Positions 1 through 7,557 of a stretch of 64,000 nucleotides of DNA are shown one piece after another. The stretch comes from Gemmatimonadales bacterium (GTDB taxonomy: Bacteria > Gemmatimonadota > Gemmatimonadetes > Gemmatimonadales > GWC2-71-9). The translations under genes and the position numbers were made by a program. The notes beneath the pieces were generated by a model that saw nothing but the letters and a program-made list of their open reading frames with translations, was not told the DNA's origin and did no database searches. The stretch covers positions 7,889 to 71,888 of the forward strand of contig JBGSKF010000020.1 in assembly GCA_041741375.1 (NCBI GenBank). Direction: 5' to 3'. Within the stretch, counting starts at the first letter, position 1, and each line of letters begins with the position of its first letter.

Positions 1-810
1 TATCCGGATCGTACTGCAGGCACCCTCTTCGTCCCGGTCCCTCGTGCCTTGCCGCTGCAAGACCTGAAACGCCGTATCCAGCCGATTCACGAGGCCATGT
101 ACTCCGGTGCTCTCCGTGCGCGGAGCCAGCAGGGCAAACTCGAGGTCACCCAGGTGGCCCGCCGCATCGGCCCGTCGGGCGCTGGTCTGGAGCAGTCGGG
201 CCATGGACCCCTCCAGCGGAGCAGAATCGGAACTCCCAGTCGGAGAGCACCCCTCCACGACGAAGGGCCGGAGGACCACCCACGCAACAGCATGCCCATG
301 CCTCCGGGCGTCCGCAATCATTTCCTCCCCGCGTCGGACCAATCCGTCCACGGTATAGAGGCCCGATGACGCATCCACCAGCTGGGCTCGGCGAAGTTCT
401 CGTGTGGCCAGTCGTGCACTCATGTACACCCGGAGCTTCGCCAGCAGGATGTCCCGGTCAATCGGCTGATACAGGAAATCCCAGGCACCCGCCTCCAGGG
501 CCTCGAGCCGGGCTTCCCTCCCCCCGGTGCCGGCAGTCGTAATGAGGACCGGAACAGTCGGGTCGAAGCGGCCTCCCCCCCGTATAAGCCTACAGACGTC
601 AATCCCTGAAAAGTCCGGCATCTGAAGGTCCAGCAGGATGAGGTCTGGGGCGCTCCGGTGGATCGCCTCGACGGCCTCACTTCCGCTCTTGGCGCGCACC
701 ACCCCATAGCCCTCGGGGAGGAGGATGCTCTCGAGGGACCGCGCACTCCATTCATGGTCGTTGGCGACCAGAATCAGTGGGGGGCGGTCCTCCGGAATGT
801 TGTTGAGCAC
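1..810 (-). CDS. Response regulator: REC receiver + degenerate GGDEF domain (partial; C-terminus beyond left edge)
   Basis: The minus-strand frame is open from GTG 810 (GAGG about 9 nt upstream) to nt 1. It is absent from the ORF track because no stop lies in the window. My translation gives VLNNIPEDRPPLILVANDHEW..APDLILLDLQMPDFSGIDVCRLIR..VPVLITTAG..AWDFLYQPI (CheY-like REC). This is followed by LYTVDGLVRRGEEM..SARRADAAGHLGDLEFALLAPRT, a GGDEF fold with GDLEF at the signature and RxxD five residues upstream. Confidence 0.8.
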   Translation of the reverse strand, partial: MLNNIPEDRPPLILVANDHEWSARSLESILLPEGYGVVRAKSGSEAVEAIHRSAPDLILLDLQMPDFSGIDVCRLIRGGGRFDPTVPVLITTAGTGGREARLEALEAGAWDFLYQPIDRDILLAKLRVYMSARLATRELRRAQLVDASSGLYTVDGLVRRGEEMIADARRHGHAVAWVVLRPFVVEGCSPTGSSDSAPLEGSMARLLQTSARRADAAGHLGDLEFALLAPRTESTGVHGLVNRLDTAFQVLQRQGTRDRDEEGACSTIRI

Positions 811-1287
811 GCTCAACACCTCGAATCAGTAAGGAGGGATGCTGACGGAGATGGCATCTGACATTGCATCCGATAATGTGTTGTCTTACAAACGGTTAGA
901 TTACACACCACCGCCCGGAGGCCGGTCGTGTTCGCCGTCGGTCCGAGGCCATGGCACCACTCACGGCTGCCCCATCATGCAATTGTCTCGCCGAAACTGT
1001 GATATCGAAGCGGACTTCCTTCCCGCCGGAACCCATGCTTTGCCTGCGACGAACATGTTTCCCGCGACCCGCCAGCCTCCACTCCACAGAAACCGGGGGC
1101 TTGTCTTCCCGATGCGTGCGCGCAACACACAAGCCATGTCGGCAGGCAGTCAATGGTGGCCTACACTCAATCCGGGCGTATATTTGCGCGACAAGCGTGG
1201 TCGGTCAACTCTGGAACGGTTTTCGCTGGGGGTGGGGGGGTGACCCGGTTTGCAGTCTCTGATTCCCCACGGTTCGGGCGGTACTTG
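811..1287. promoter_or_regulatory. Long divergent intergenic region / leader between response regulator and polysaccharide export operon
   Basis: These 477 bp have no credible ORF and a visibly lower G+C than the flanks (e.g. around 860-910 gacattgcatccgataatgtgttgtcttacaaacggttagattacacacc; tatatt at 1179-1184). The region must carry promoters for both divergent units, but I could not resolve the exact elements. Confidence 0.45.
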
Positions 1288-2079
1288 ATGACAGGCGCTC
1301 CCTCCCTTTGGTTCTCCACCCTGGTGCTCTGCGGCGCACTGGCTTCGTTCCCCACCTCCGAGATCCAGGCCCAGGGGAGTGACGCCCGGCGCGCCCAGGC
1401 CACCCGGGCGGAGCTCGAGGCATCACTGGTTGAGATTGACCAGATCCTCGCCTCCCCCGGCTACAGCGGGCGGGTCAAGAGCACTCGGCGACGGGAGGCC
1501 GAGCTGGTCCGGGAGCGGCTGGCCAAGGGCGACTTCCAGGCCGGCGACCAGATCGGGCTCTTCGTCCAGGGTGAGACCGCCTTGACCGCCATCTTCACCG
1601 TGCGGGCGGGGCAGATGCTGGTTCTTCCTCAGATCCCCGAGATCTCCCTGCGGGGAGTCCTGCGCTCGGAGTTGAAGGATCATTTGACTCGGGAGCTCTC
1701 CCGTTTCATCCGCGACCCGCAGATCGACGTGACCGACGCGGGAGTCCGGATCGCCATTCTCGGCCAGGTGGGGTCGCCGGGTTTCTACACGGTTCCCTCT
1801 GACAAGCTCGCCAGCGAGGCGATCATGCAGGCGGGCGGACCGCTCCCGACGGCCAATCTCGATGGAGTGGTGATTCGGCGAGGGGGGAAGACCATCATCG
1901 GGGAGGCGGAGCTCGGACAGGCGATCGTGTCGGGACTGACCCTCGATCAACTGAATATCCACGGAGGCGACGAGCTCTACGTTCCGGGAACCAAGTCAAC
2001 GGGAACGAGTTTTCTGACCGGACTTCAGATTTTCAGCGGCGTCGCCCTGGCCGCCTTCTCGCTTTCCCGGATCTTCTGA
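1288..2079 (+). CDS. Polysaccharide export protein (Wza/EpsE-like; Poly_export + SLBB)
   Basis: ORF 1153..2079 is trimmed to ATG 1288, where the signal-like MTGAPSLWFSTLVLCGALASFPTSEIQA starts. GDQIGLFVQGE..MLVLPQIPEISLRGV..LSRFIRDPQIDV matches the export N-domain. RIAILGQVGSPGFYTVP..AIMQAGGP is SLBB-like. Confidence 0.85.
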   Translation: MTGAPSLWFSTLVLCGALASFPTSEIQAQGSDARRAQATRAELEASLVEIDQILASPGYSGRVKSTRRREAELVRERLAKGDFQAGDQIGLFVQGETALTAIFTVRAGQMLVLPQIPEISLRGVLRSELKDHLTRELSRFIRDPQIDVTDAGVRIAILGQVGSPGFYTVPSDKLASEAIMQAGGPLPTANLDGVVIRRGGKTIIGEAELGQAIVSGLTLDQLNIHGGDELYVPGTKSTGTSFLTGLQIFSGVALAAFSLSRIF

Positions 2080-2084
2080 TTCCC

Positions 2085-2831
2085 ATGACCCTCCCCTCCT
2101 CCATGGAGCACCCCACCCCCACCAGGCCTGGGATCACCCGCGTGGCGCGTCCCCCCGTGGGAGCGACGCGGGTCGTGGTGGCATCCGACCTCTCTCCCGA
2201 GGGACCACGGCGGGTTCTGAACGTGGTCGTGGCGTTCGTGTTGCTGGTACTGACCTCCCCCATCATGCTCCTCCTCGCCATCATGGTGAAGGTGACGTCG
2301 CCCGGTCCCGTTTTCTACACCCAGACCCGGATCGGCATCGACCGACGGCGGGACCGGTCGAGCCATCACCGGCGGGTGGACGACCTGGGCGGGAAACCCT
2401 TCCTGATCTACAAGTTCCGGACGATGCGAGTGGACGCGGAACAATCCACCGGAGCGATCTGGGCCACCCCGAATGATCCGCGGGTGACCTGGATCGGTCG
2501 ATTCATGCGCCTCTTCCGGCTGGATGAGTTGCCGCAGCTTCTCAACGTGCTGCAGGGCGAGATGAACCTCGTGGGTCCTCGCCCGGAGCGGCCGGGAATT
2601 TTCCGGGACCTGAAGCAGCAGATCGAGGACTACCCGGTGCGGCAACGGGTCCGACCGGGCATCACGGGCCTGGCGCAGATCAACCAGCAATACGATTCGT
2701 GCCTCGAGGATGTGAAGCGGAAGGTGGAGTACGACATCGCCTACATCGCCCACCGCCAGAGCGTCTGGGAAGACATCAAGATCATGCTGAAGACATTCCC
2801 TGTGGTGCTCTTCCGCCGCGGATCCCGGTGA
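2085..2831 (+). CDS. Priming polyprenyl-phosphate sugar-phosphate transferase (bacterial sugar transferase family, EpsB/WbaP-like)
   Basis: An N-terminal TM helix is followed by SPIMLLLAIMVKVTSPGPVFYTQTRIG, KFRTM, DELPQLLNVLQGEMNLVGPRPERP and RPGITGLAQI. Confidence 0.9.
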   Translation: MTLPSSMEHPTPTRPGITRVARPPVGATRVVVASDLSPEGPRRVLNVVVAFVLLVLTSPIMLLLAIMVKVTSPGPVFYTQTRIGIDRRRDRSSHHRRVDDLGGKPFLIYKFRTMRVDAEQSTGAIWATPNDPRVTWIGRFMRLFRLDELPQLLNVLQGEMNLVGPRPERPGIFRDLKQQIEDYPVRQRVRPGITGLAQINQQYDSCLEDVKRKVEYDIAYIAHRQSVWEDIKIMLKTFPVVLFRRGSR

Positions 2832-3721
2832 CCATTCCGGGGGTGTTGCCGCGGGTGAGAGGGGGGGGGATCACCATCGCAGGCCTCCCCGCTCTCCTCC
2901 TCACCGCAGCCACGTTCCTCATTCTCTTTCAGCGTCCCCTGCGGCTTCTCGTCGTGGATTGGTGGACCGATCCCGACGCGGGGCACGGATTGCTCCTGGC
3001 CCCGGTGTCGATCTGGCTCGCCTGGAAGGCGGGATGGCTGCCCACACGCCATCCTGCCCCCGTCCTCGGGGGAGTCGTGCTCGTCGCCGCCGTGCTCCTG
3101 CGCTTCGCCTCCGAACTGGCGGCGGAACTGTTCACGATGCGGTTCAGCATGATGCTCGCCGGGATGGGGCTGGTGATCTTCTTTGCCGGCCTGCGCCAGC
3201 TCCGGCACTGGTGGCTGCCCACCGCCCTGCTGGTGCTGTCGATTCCCCTCCCCGACCTGATCACCAGCACGATCGCGCTTCCTCTCCAGTTCCTGGCCTC
3301 GAAGTTCGGCGCCGCCCTCCTGACCTGGCGTGACGTCCCCGTGGCGCTCACCGGAAACATCATCATGCTTCCCGGGCACAAGCTGTTCGTGTCCGAGGCC
3401 TGCAGCGGCCTTCGATCCCTGACCGCGCTGCTCAGTCTCGGGTTGATGATCGGCTGGCTCACGCTTCGGACGATGCCCACCCGGCTCATGCTGCTGCTCG
3501 TGACCGTGGGCATCGCGATCGTGATGAACGGATTCCGGGTCTTTCTGACCGGGTTCCTCGTCTACTTCGTGAATCCGGGGCTTGGGGAAGGGTTCATGCA
3601 TGTCACGGAAGGCTGGCTCCTCTTCGTGGTCTCGCTCGGGCTGGTCTGGCTCGCGGCGATGGTGATGGGCCTGGCGGAAAAGAGATTCCTGACCCCTTCG
3701 AGCCCGCGGGAGGCAACGTGA
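2828..3721 (+). CDS. Exosortase (EpsH/Xrt family transpeptidase)
   Basis: ORF 2699..3721 is trimmed to GTG 2828 (GTGA overlap with the upstream stop). Motifs seen: DWWTDPDAGHGLLLAPVSIWLAW, the Cys motif SEACSGLRSL, then NGFRVFLTG and HVTEGW. The protein is polytopic. Confidence 0.85.
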   Translation: MTIPGVLPRVRGGGITIAGLPALLLTAATFLILFQRPLRLLVVDWWTDPDAGHGLLLAPVSIWLAWKAGWLPTRHPAPVLGGVVLVAAVLLRFASELAAELFTMRFSMMLAGMGLVIFFAGLRQLRHWWLPTALLVLSIPLPDLITSTIALPLQFLASKFGAALLTWRDVPVALTGNIIMLPGHKLFVSEACSGLRSLTALLSLGLMIGWLTLRTMPTRLMLLLVTVGIAIVMNGFRVFLTGFLVYFVNPGLGEGFMHVTEGWLLFVVSLGLVWLAAMVMGLAEKRFLTPSSPREAT

Positions 3722-4365
3722 GAGTCACCCCCGTTGTGCCGGCGATCATCCTGGCAGCGGGGAGCCTGCTCCTGGTGGCGGCTCGTCGCCAGGAGGTGGC
3801 GGAACTGCGGGCTCCACTTTCCACGATTCCTGTGGTTTTGGAGGGACTGGCAGGTCGGGATCTGACCGTCTCCCCCGAGGAACAGCGGATCGCGGGGATG
3901 ACGAGTTATCTGATGCGGGTCTATGAGCGCGACAGTGTGCCGCAGTTCTCCGTCTACGTGGGTTATTACGAGGCCCAACTGCAGGGGCAGAGCATTCACT
4001 CACCCAAGAACTGCCTTCCGGGGGCGGGGTGGGAGCCGGTCGCCGTGTCGAGTGTGGCGATCCCGGTCCCGGGAGGAGACCCGTGGCCCCTGGTCAACCG
4101 GTATGTTCTCGAGCGGGGGGCCGACAACGGTCGTGCCCTGGTCTATTACTGGTATCAGGGCCGGGGACGGGTGGCGTGGAACGAGTACCGCGTGAAGTGG
4201 GATCTGCTCCGGGACAAGGCCCTGGAGGGACGGAGCGAGGAGGCGCTGGTCCGGATTGTGGTTCCGGTCGCCCCGGGATCCGAGGCGGCAGCGGACTCGA
4301 CCGCGTCGCGGATCGCCGCAGAGTTGATTCCCGCGATCTCCACCATTCTGCCGACCCGGAGTTGA
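3718..4365 (+). CDS. EpsI-family exosortase-associated protein
   Basis: GTGA overlap with the exosortase stop. An N-terminal TM is followed by SIHSPKNCLPGAGWEPV and LVYYWYQGRGRV..EYRVKWDLL. Confidence 0.8.
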   Translation: MRVTPVVPAIILAAGSLLLVAARRQEVAELRAPLSTIPVVLEGLAGRDLTVSPEEQRIAGMTSYLMRVYERDSVPQFSVYVGYYEAQLQGQSIHSPKNCLPGAGWEPVAVSSVAIPVPGGDPWPLVNRYVLERGADNGRALVYYWYQGRGRVAWNEYRVKWDLLRDKALEGRSEEALVRIVVPVAPGSEAAADSTASRIAAELIPAISTILPTRS

Positions 4366-4387
4366 GCCACCACCCCTTGCATTATTA

Positions 4388-5149
4388 ATAGCGACCACCG
4401 CCACCTCTGTGGTGATCCCCACCTCACCCCGAGTGAACCACAGAGAAACACGGAGGACACAGAGGGTTGACGGTACCCGCGACACGTTCCTCGTCTCGGT
4501 TGGCGGGCATCGGCAGGATGGGGGCCCCGACACCCCCCACAAGAAACAAGGTCCGGATCATGGCGCGCGAGGCGTGGCGCCACGGACATCACACGGAGAC
4601 CCTCCGCGACCTCCGCGTTCTCTGTGGTGACTCCCTGCCACCTTCCCCGATCCCCGGACCCCCGGACATTGGTGCAATGAGGGGCCTTCCACCCCCCAAC
4701 ACCAAGACCGGGTCCTGGTGTGCAAGCCCCGCCTCTCCCCGGTTTGAACCACAGAGAGCACGGAGGACACAGAGGGTTGACGGTACCCGCGACTCGTTCC
4801 TCGTCTCGGTTGGCGGGTATCGGCAGGATGGGGGCCCCGACACCCCCCACAAGAAACAAGGTCCGGATCATGGCGCGCGAGGCGTCGAGCCACGAACATC
4901 ACACGGAGACCCTCCGTGTCCTCCGTGGGCTCTGTGGTGATCCCCACCTCACCCCGAGTGAACCACAGAGAGCACGGAGGACACAGAGGGTTGACGGCTC
5001 CCCCGACAGGTTCCCGATCTCGCGCGGCGGAAATCGGCAGGATGGGGACCCTTCCACCCCCCAAAAACAGAATCCGGATCTCGGCGCGCGAGGCGTGGAG
5101 CCGGGGGAATCATGCGGAGACCCTCTGTGACCTCCGTGTGATCTGTGGC
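4388..5149. repeat. Array 1 of an unclassified MITE-like element (about 190 bp, roughly 30-bp terminal inverted repeats)
   Basis: Full copies lie at 4437-4628, 4748-4938 and 4962-5149. Each begins ACCACAGAG..CACGGAGGACACAGAGGGT and ends ACCCTCCG..CCTCCG..CTCTGTGGT, the reverse complement of its start. Copies are separated by an 18-bp spacer (TCCCCACCTCACCCCGAG, flanked by TGA) or a spacer of about 117 bp. A truncated arm sits at about 4391-4418, just after an AT-rich attattaata (4381-4390). Confidence 0.85.
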
Positions 5150-5193
5150 TTTTCCCTAACGACCATGCAGATGACCCGGTGTTGAATCCGTGG

Positions 5194-5220
5194 CCTTCAC
5201 CCTTCACACTTCCCCTTGAC
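5194..5220 (-). repeat. Degenerate heptamer tract (CCTTCAC CCTTCAC ACTTCCC CTTGAC)
   Basis: Read directly from the sequence. It lies between array 1 and the stop (5231-5233) of the minus-strand gene. The sense-strand reading is GTGAAGG. Confidence 0.4.
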
Positions 5221-5230
5221 GCGGGGCGGC

Positions 5231-5752
5231 CTACGAATCGCTGTGCGCCGCAAGCGGCGCACCTCCTGTTTCTGCTCTTCGCCGCAGCAGAACCAACCCC
5301 GCCCACAGCATCGCGACGGCGCCGATCGTACCCGAGCCGAGGGCCCGCATCGACGCGCGCCGGAAGGCCTCCGGAGCACGCAGGTCGACGTGCTCGAGGG
5401 CCGCTGGTGCATCGAGGAGGACCACAATCGTGGCCACGCCAAGGAGCAGGCCCACCGCCATCAGCACCCCACCCCAGGATCGCGTGCGGAGAGCTCCCAC
5501 TCGAGCCCCCGCAATGGCCAGCAGGGCCACCAGCACGAGCGGGGAGACCTGGGTCGTCAGGATTTGTGCGGCAGTGGCCCGCCAGGCCACATCTGCGGGT
5601 CGGACCGGGAGCACGGCGAGGAGATACTGGCTGACCAGGTCAAAGAGCACGATCGCCGCGACGGACAGGCACAGCAGAGCGGTCATCCGTTCGGGGGTCA
5701 GGGTCCGGCCCGACACGGGACCAGGGGAACGCCTGGGGAAAGTGTCCGTCAT
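5231..5752 (-). CDS. Hypothetical 4-TM membrane protein (paralog of upstream gene)
   Basis: ORF 5231..6154 is trimmed to ATG 5752, which forms an ATGA overlap with the upstream stop (5749-5751). The protein starts MTDTFPRRS... and has hydrophobic TM-rich composition (LLCLSVAAIVLFDLV, PLVLVALLAIAGA, VLMAVGLLLGVATIVVLL, IGAVAMLWAGLVLL). Confidence 0.65.
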   Translation of the reverse strand: MTDTFPRRSPGPVSGRTLTPERMTALLCLSVAAIVLFDLVSQYLLAVLPVRPADVAWRATAAQILTTQVSPLVLVALLAIAGARVGALRTRSWGGVLMAVGLLLGVATIVVLLDAPAALEHVDLRAPEAFRRASMRALGSGTIGAVAMLWAGLVLLRRRAETGGAPLAAHSDS

Positions 5753-6279
5753 GTGCCGTGTCCGGTCGCAGTCAGCGAGGGATCCCGTTGTCCCACGATC
5801 AGCGGTCGTTTCCCAGGCGCGGGCGGTCTGGTTGACCTCAGCCATGACAGCATCCGCCATCCGGCCCACACGCTCCAAATGACCATCGCGAGCAGCATGA
5901 TCCCCACCCGGGACGCGCCCAGCAGCATCCCCAAATGCGCCTCCGGGATCAATTGCTGACGCACCTGGATGGCGTCCAGAGCGAATCCTCCGAGAACGAG
6001 AAGGAGAACGGCAACCAGCACCAGGTGGAGGAGGGCCCAGGTCCGGAGCACGGCCCTGTGTCCGAGCCAGATGGCCGCGAGAATGACGGCCATGTCGGCC
6101 AGGAGAAGCGGAGTGATTCGGCCGGTGGCCAGGCCCACGGCTCCGAATCGCCATTGCGCGGTACCGGGGCTGAAGGGCATGATGCTGGAGGCGAGGATCA
6201 GAACCTGGTCCAGAATCAATGCCACGCCGGCGAGGTAGAGCAGCCCGAAAAACGGGCGGGTTGTGGTCGAACTGGGCAT
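5749..6279 (-). CDS. Hypothetical 4-TM membrane protein
   Basis: ATG 6279 has GGAG 9-12 nt upstream. Its topology and local motifs resemble the downstream paralog (MPFSPGTAQWRFGAVGLATGRITPLLL versus LPVRPADVAWRATAAQILTTQVSPLVL). Confidence 0.65.
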   Translation of the reverse strand: MPSSTTTRPFFGLLYLAGVALILDQVLILASSIMPFSPGTAQWRFGAVGLATGRITPLLLADMAVILAAIWLGHRAVLRTWALLHLVLVAVLLLVLGGFALDAIQVRQQLIPEAHLGMLLGASRVGIMLLAMVIWSVWAGWRMLSWLRSTRPPAPGKRPLIVGQRDPSLTATGHGT

Positions 6280-6367
6280 GGCGGGACTCCGACGGGAATG
6301 AGCCGGTTCATCAAGTGGATCAAACGGGATGTTTCAGAACCTTGCAGAGACCGTGCCCAAATGGCAA

Positions 6368-6401
6368 GCCGCCCCGGAGGAAGACAATCCTCCGGGGCGG
6401 C
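6368..6401 (-). terminator. Perfect 14-bp-stem hairpin downstream of the PEP-CTERM gene
   Basis: GCCGCCCCGGAGGA (6368-6381), loop AGACAA, TCCTCCGGGGCGGC (6388-6401). It lies 45 nt past the stop at 6446. On the minus strand it is followed by TTGCCATTTGGG, which is only weakly T-rich. Confidence 0.5.
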
Positions 6402-6445
6402 GAAAGCATCCCGCAGCGGCGGCGGTTTTGCCGTAGCCCCGGGTG

Positions 6446-7294
6446 TTACCGGTTCCCGTTCTGTTCCCGGCGGCGGCGGATGTAACCTACACCGGCGAGG
6501 CTCACCAGCCCGGTGGCGAGCAGGCCCATGGTCAGGGGCTCCGGAGTGGCAGTCACCGAGATCAGATAGTCGTTGTAGTCGGAGTCCCGGAAGAAGCCGT
6601 TCGGGAGCAACTCCAAACCATTGTCCTCCGCACCGACCAGATACTGTCCCAATCCAGCGTTCACCTTGGAGGTGGAGAAGAGGGCGAACTGCTGGAACGG
6701 AGCGGTGGTGAAGCCCCCGGTTGCGTCGGAGCAATTGGTGAACGCGGCGCACGATGCGTTGGGATTGAAGCCGTTCTTGATGAAGAAGCCCCAATCCTGT
6801 CCCGGAGCGATCGTGTAGGTCGACCCGACGGTCTTGCTGCCGAAGGCGGGGATGTCCTGGAAGAGATAGCCCCCCGCAGCCGTCTTCGTGAAGATGCCGA
6901 TCTGGCTGGCCCGACCTGCCACGGCCCCGAGAAGCGTCAGGTTGTACCCGTCGGCGCCGGAGAACATGAAGGCGGGAGATCCGAACCCACTGGCCCCATT
7001 GCCCCAGTAATAGCTAAAGCCGCCTTGGTTGGCGAAGGTACCGGGAGTCTGGTTGACGCAGTTGGCGTTGAAGTTGCCCGTGGCGAAGAACCCGACGTTG
7101 CAGTTGGTGGCCGCCCCGGAGTTGTCAGAGCTGACGTTGTCCCAGAAGGCACCGACATTCCGGGTCACATTGGCGGGCATGGCCAGGTTGGTGAACGCCC
7201 CCCCATCGCCAAGATCCAGAATCTGGGCGGTTGCCGGTGTGGCGGCCATGGCAAGGCCGAGAATCGAAAGGGTGACGGCGGAAAGTGGGCGCAT
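6446..7294 (-). CDS. PEP-CTERM sorting-domain protein (putative exosortase substrate) with DUF4114-like DYNDY motif
   Basis: Signal peptide MRPLSAVTLSILGLAMAATPATAQ. The C-terminus TPEPLTMGLLATGLVSLAGVGYIRRRR is PEP + TM + basic cluster. GAEDNG..FFRDSDYNDYLISV lies just upstream. GGAG is 8 nt before the ATG. Confidence 0.9.
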   Translation of the reverse strand: MRPLSAVTLSILGLAMAATPATAQILDLGDGGAFTNLAMPANVTRNVGAFWDNVSSDNSGAATNCNVGFFATGNFNANCVNQTPGTFANQGGFSYYWGNGASGFGSPAFMFSGADGYNLTLLGAVAGRASQIGIFTKTAAGGYLFQDIPAFGSKTVGSTYTIAPGQDWGFFIKNGFNPNASCAAFTNCSDATGGFTTAPFQQFALFSTSKVNAGLGQYLVGAEDNGLELLPNGFFRDSDYNDYLISVTATPEPLTMGLLATGLVSLAGVGYIRRRREQNGNR

Positions 7295-7404
7295 ACGTTA
7301 CTCCAGAATTTCGAGTGGTCCAGCGTTCCAGGAATCTTCGGAGCAACCGGGGATCCGATGACAACGCTGGTCGTCAGGAATCTGGTCACTGTCGAGCAAA
7401 GCGA

Positions 7405-7457
7405 CTCGCAACTACTGTGCCGGGAACCAGGACCAGGTCGTGCCTCGCAAACTACTG
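7405..7457 (-). promoter_or_regulatory. Direct repeat CAGTAGTTGCGAG / CAGTAGTTTGCGAG upstream of the PEP-CTERM gene
   Basis: The plus-strand copies are ctcgcaactactg (7405-7417) and ctcgcaaactactg (7444-7457). They lie 111-163 nt upstream of ATG 7294 in a 263-bp lower-GC intergenic region. Confidence 0.3.
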
Positions 7458-7557
7458 ACAGGGAATGACTTAGGGACAATTGCCATTTCTTGCAGTCGTC
7501 GCATTACCGCTCGGGGATGTGGGGATACCACGAACCTCTGTGGTGTGACCGCAACAA

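Noticed and set aside
839-1243. 134-aa ORF directly after AAGGAGG at 831-837
   Set aside because: The Shine-Dalgarno-like sequence is only 1 nt from the ATG. The protein has no hydrophobic or domain features, and the region is lower-GC non-coding-like sequence. I treat it as leader/promoter DNA.
4409-5130. ORFs running through the repeat arrays on both strands (e.g. 4467..4940, 4558..5064, 32034..32858, 32458..33036, 52534..53166)
   Set aside because: Their sequences are just translated repeat units, with the same peptide recurring in shifted frames on both strands. They show no codon-position GC signal by eye and no start context.
7535-7545. Solo CCTCTGTGGTG fragment matching the element arm
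   Set aside because: It is only 11 nt with no inverted partner or internal module, which is too short to call a degenerate copy.
7295-7557. Sigma-54 (-24/-12) promoter upstream of the PEP-CTERM gene, as expected for PrsR-type regulation
   Set aside because: I found TGGCA and TTGCA strings (7478-7492 region) but in the wrong order and spacing on either strand, so there is no convincing TGGCAC-N5-TTGC.
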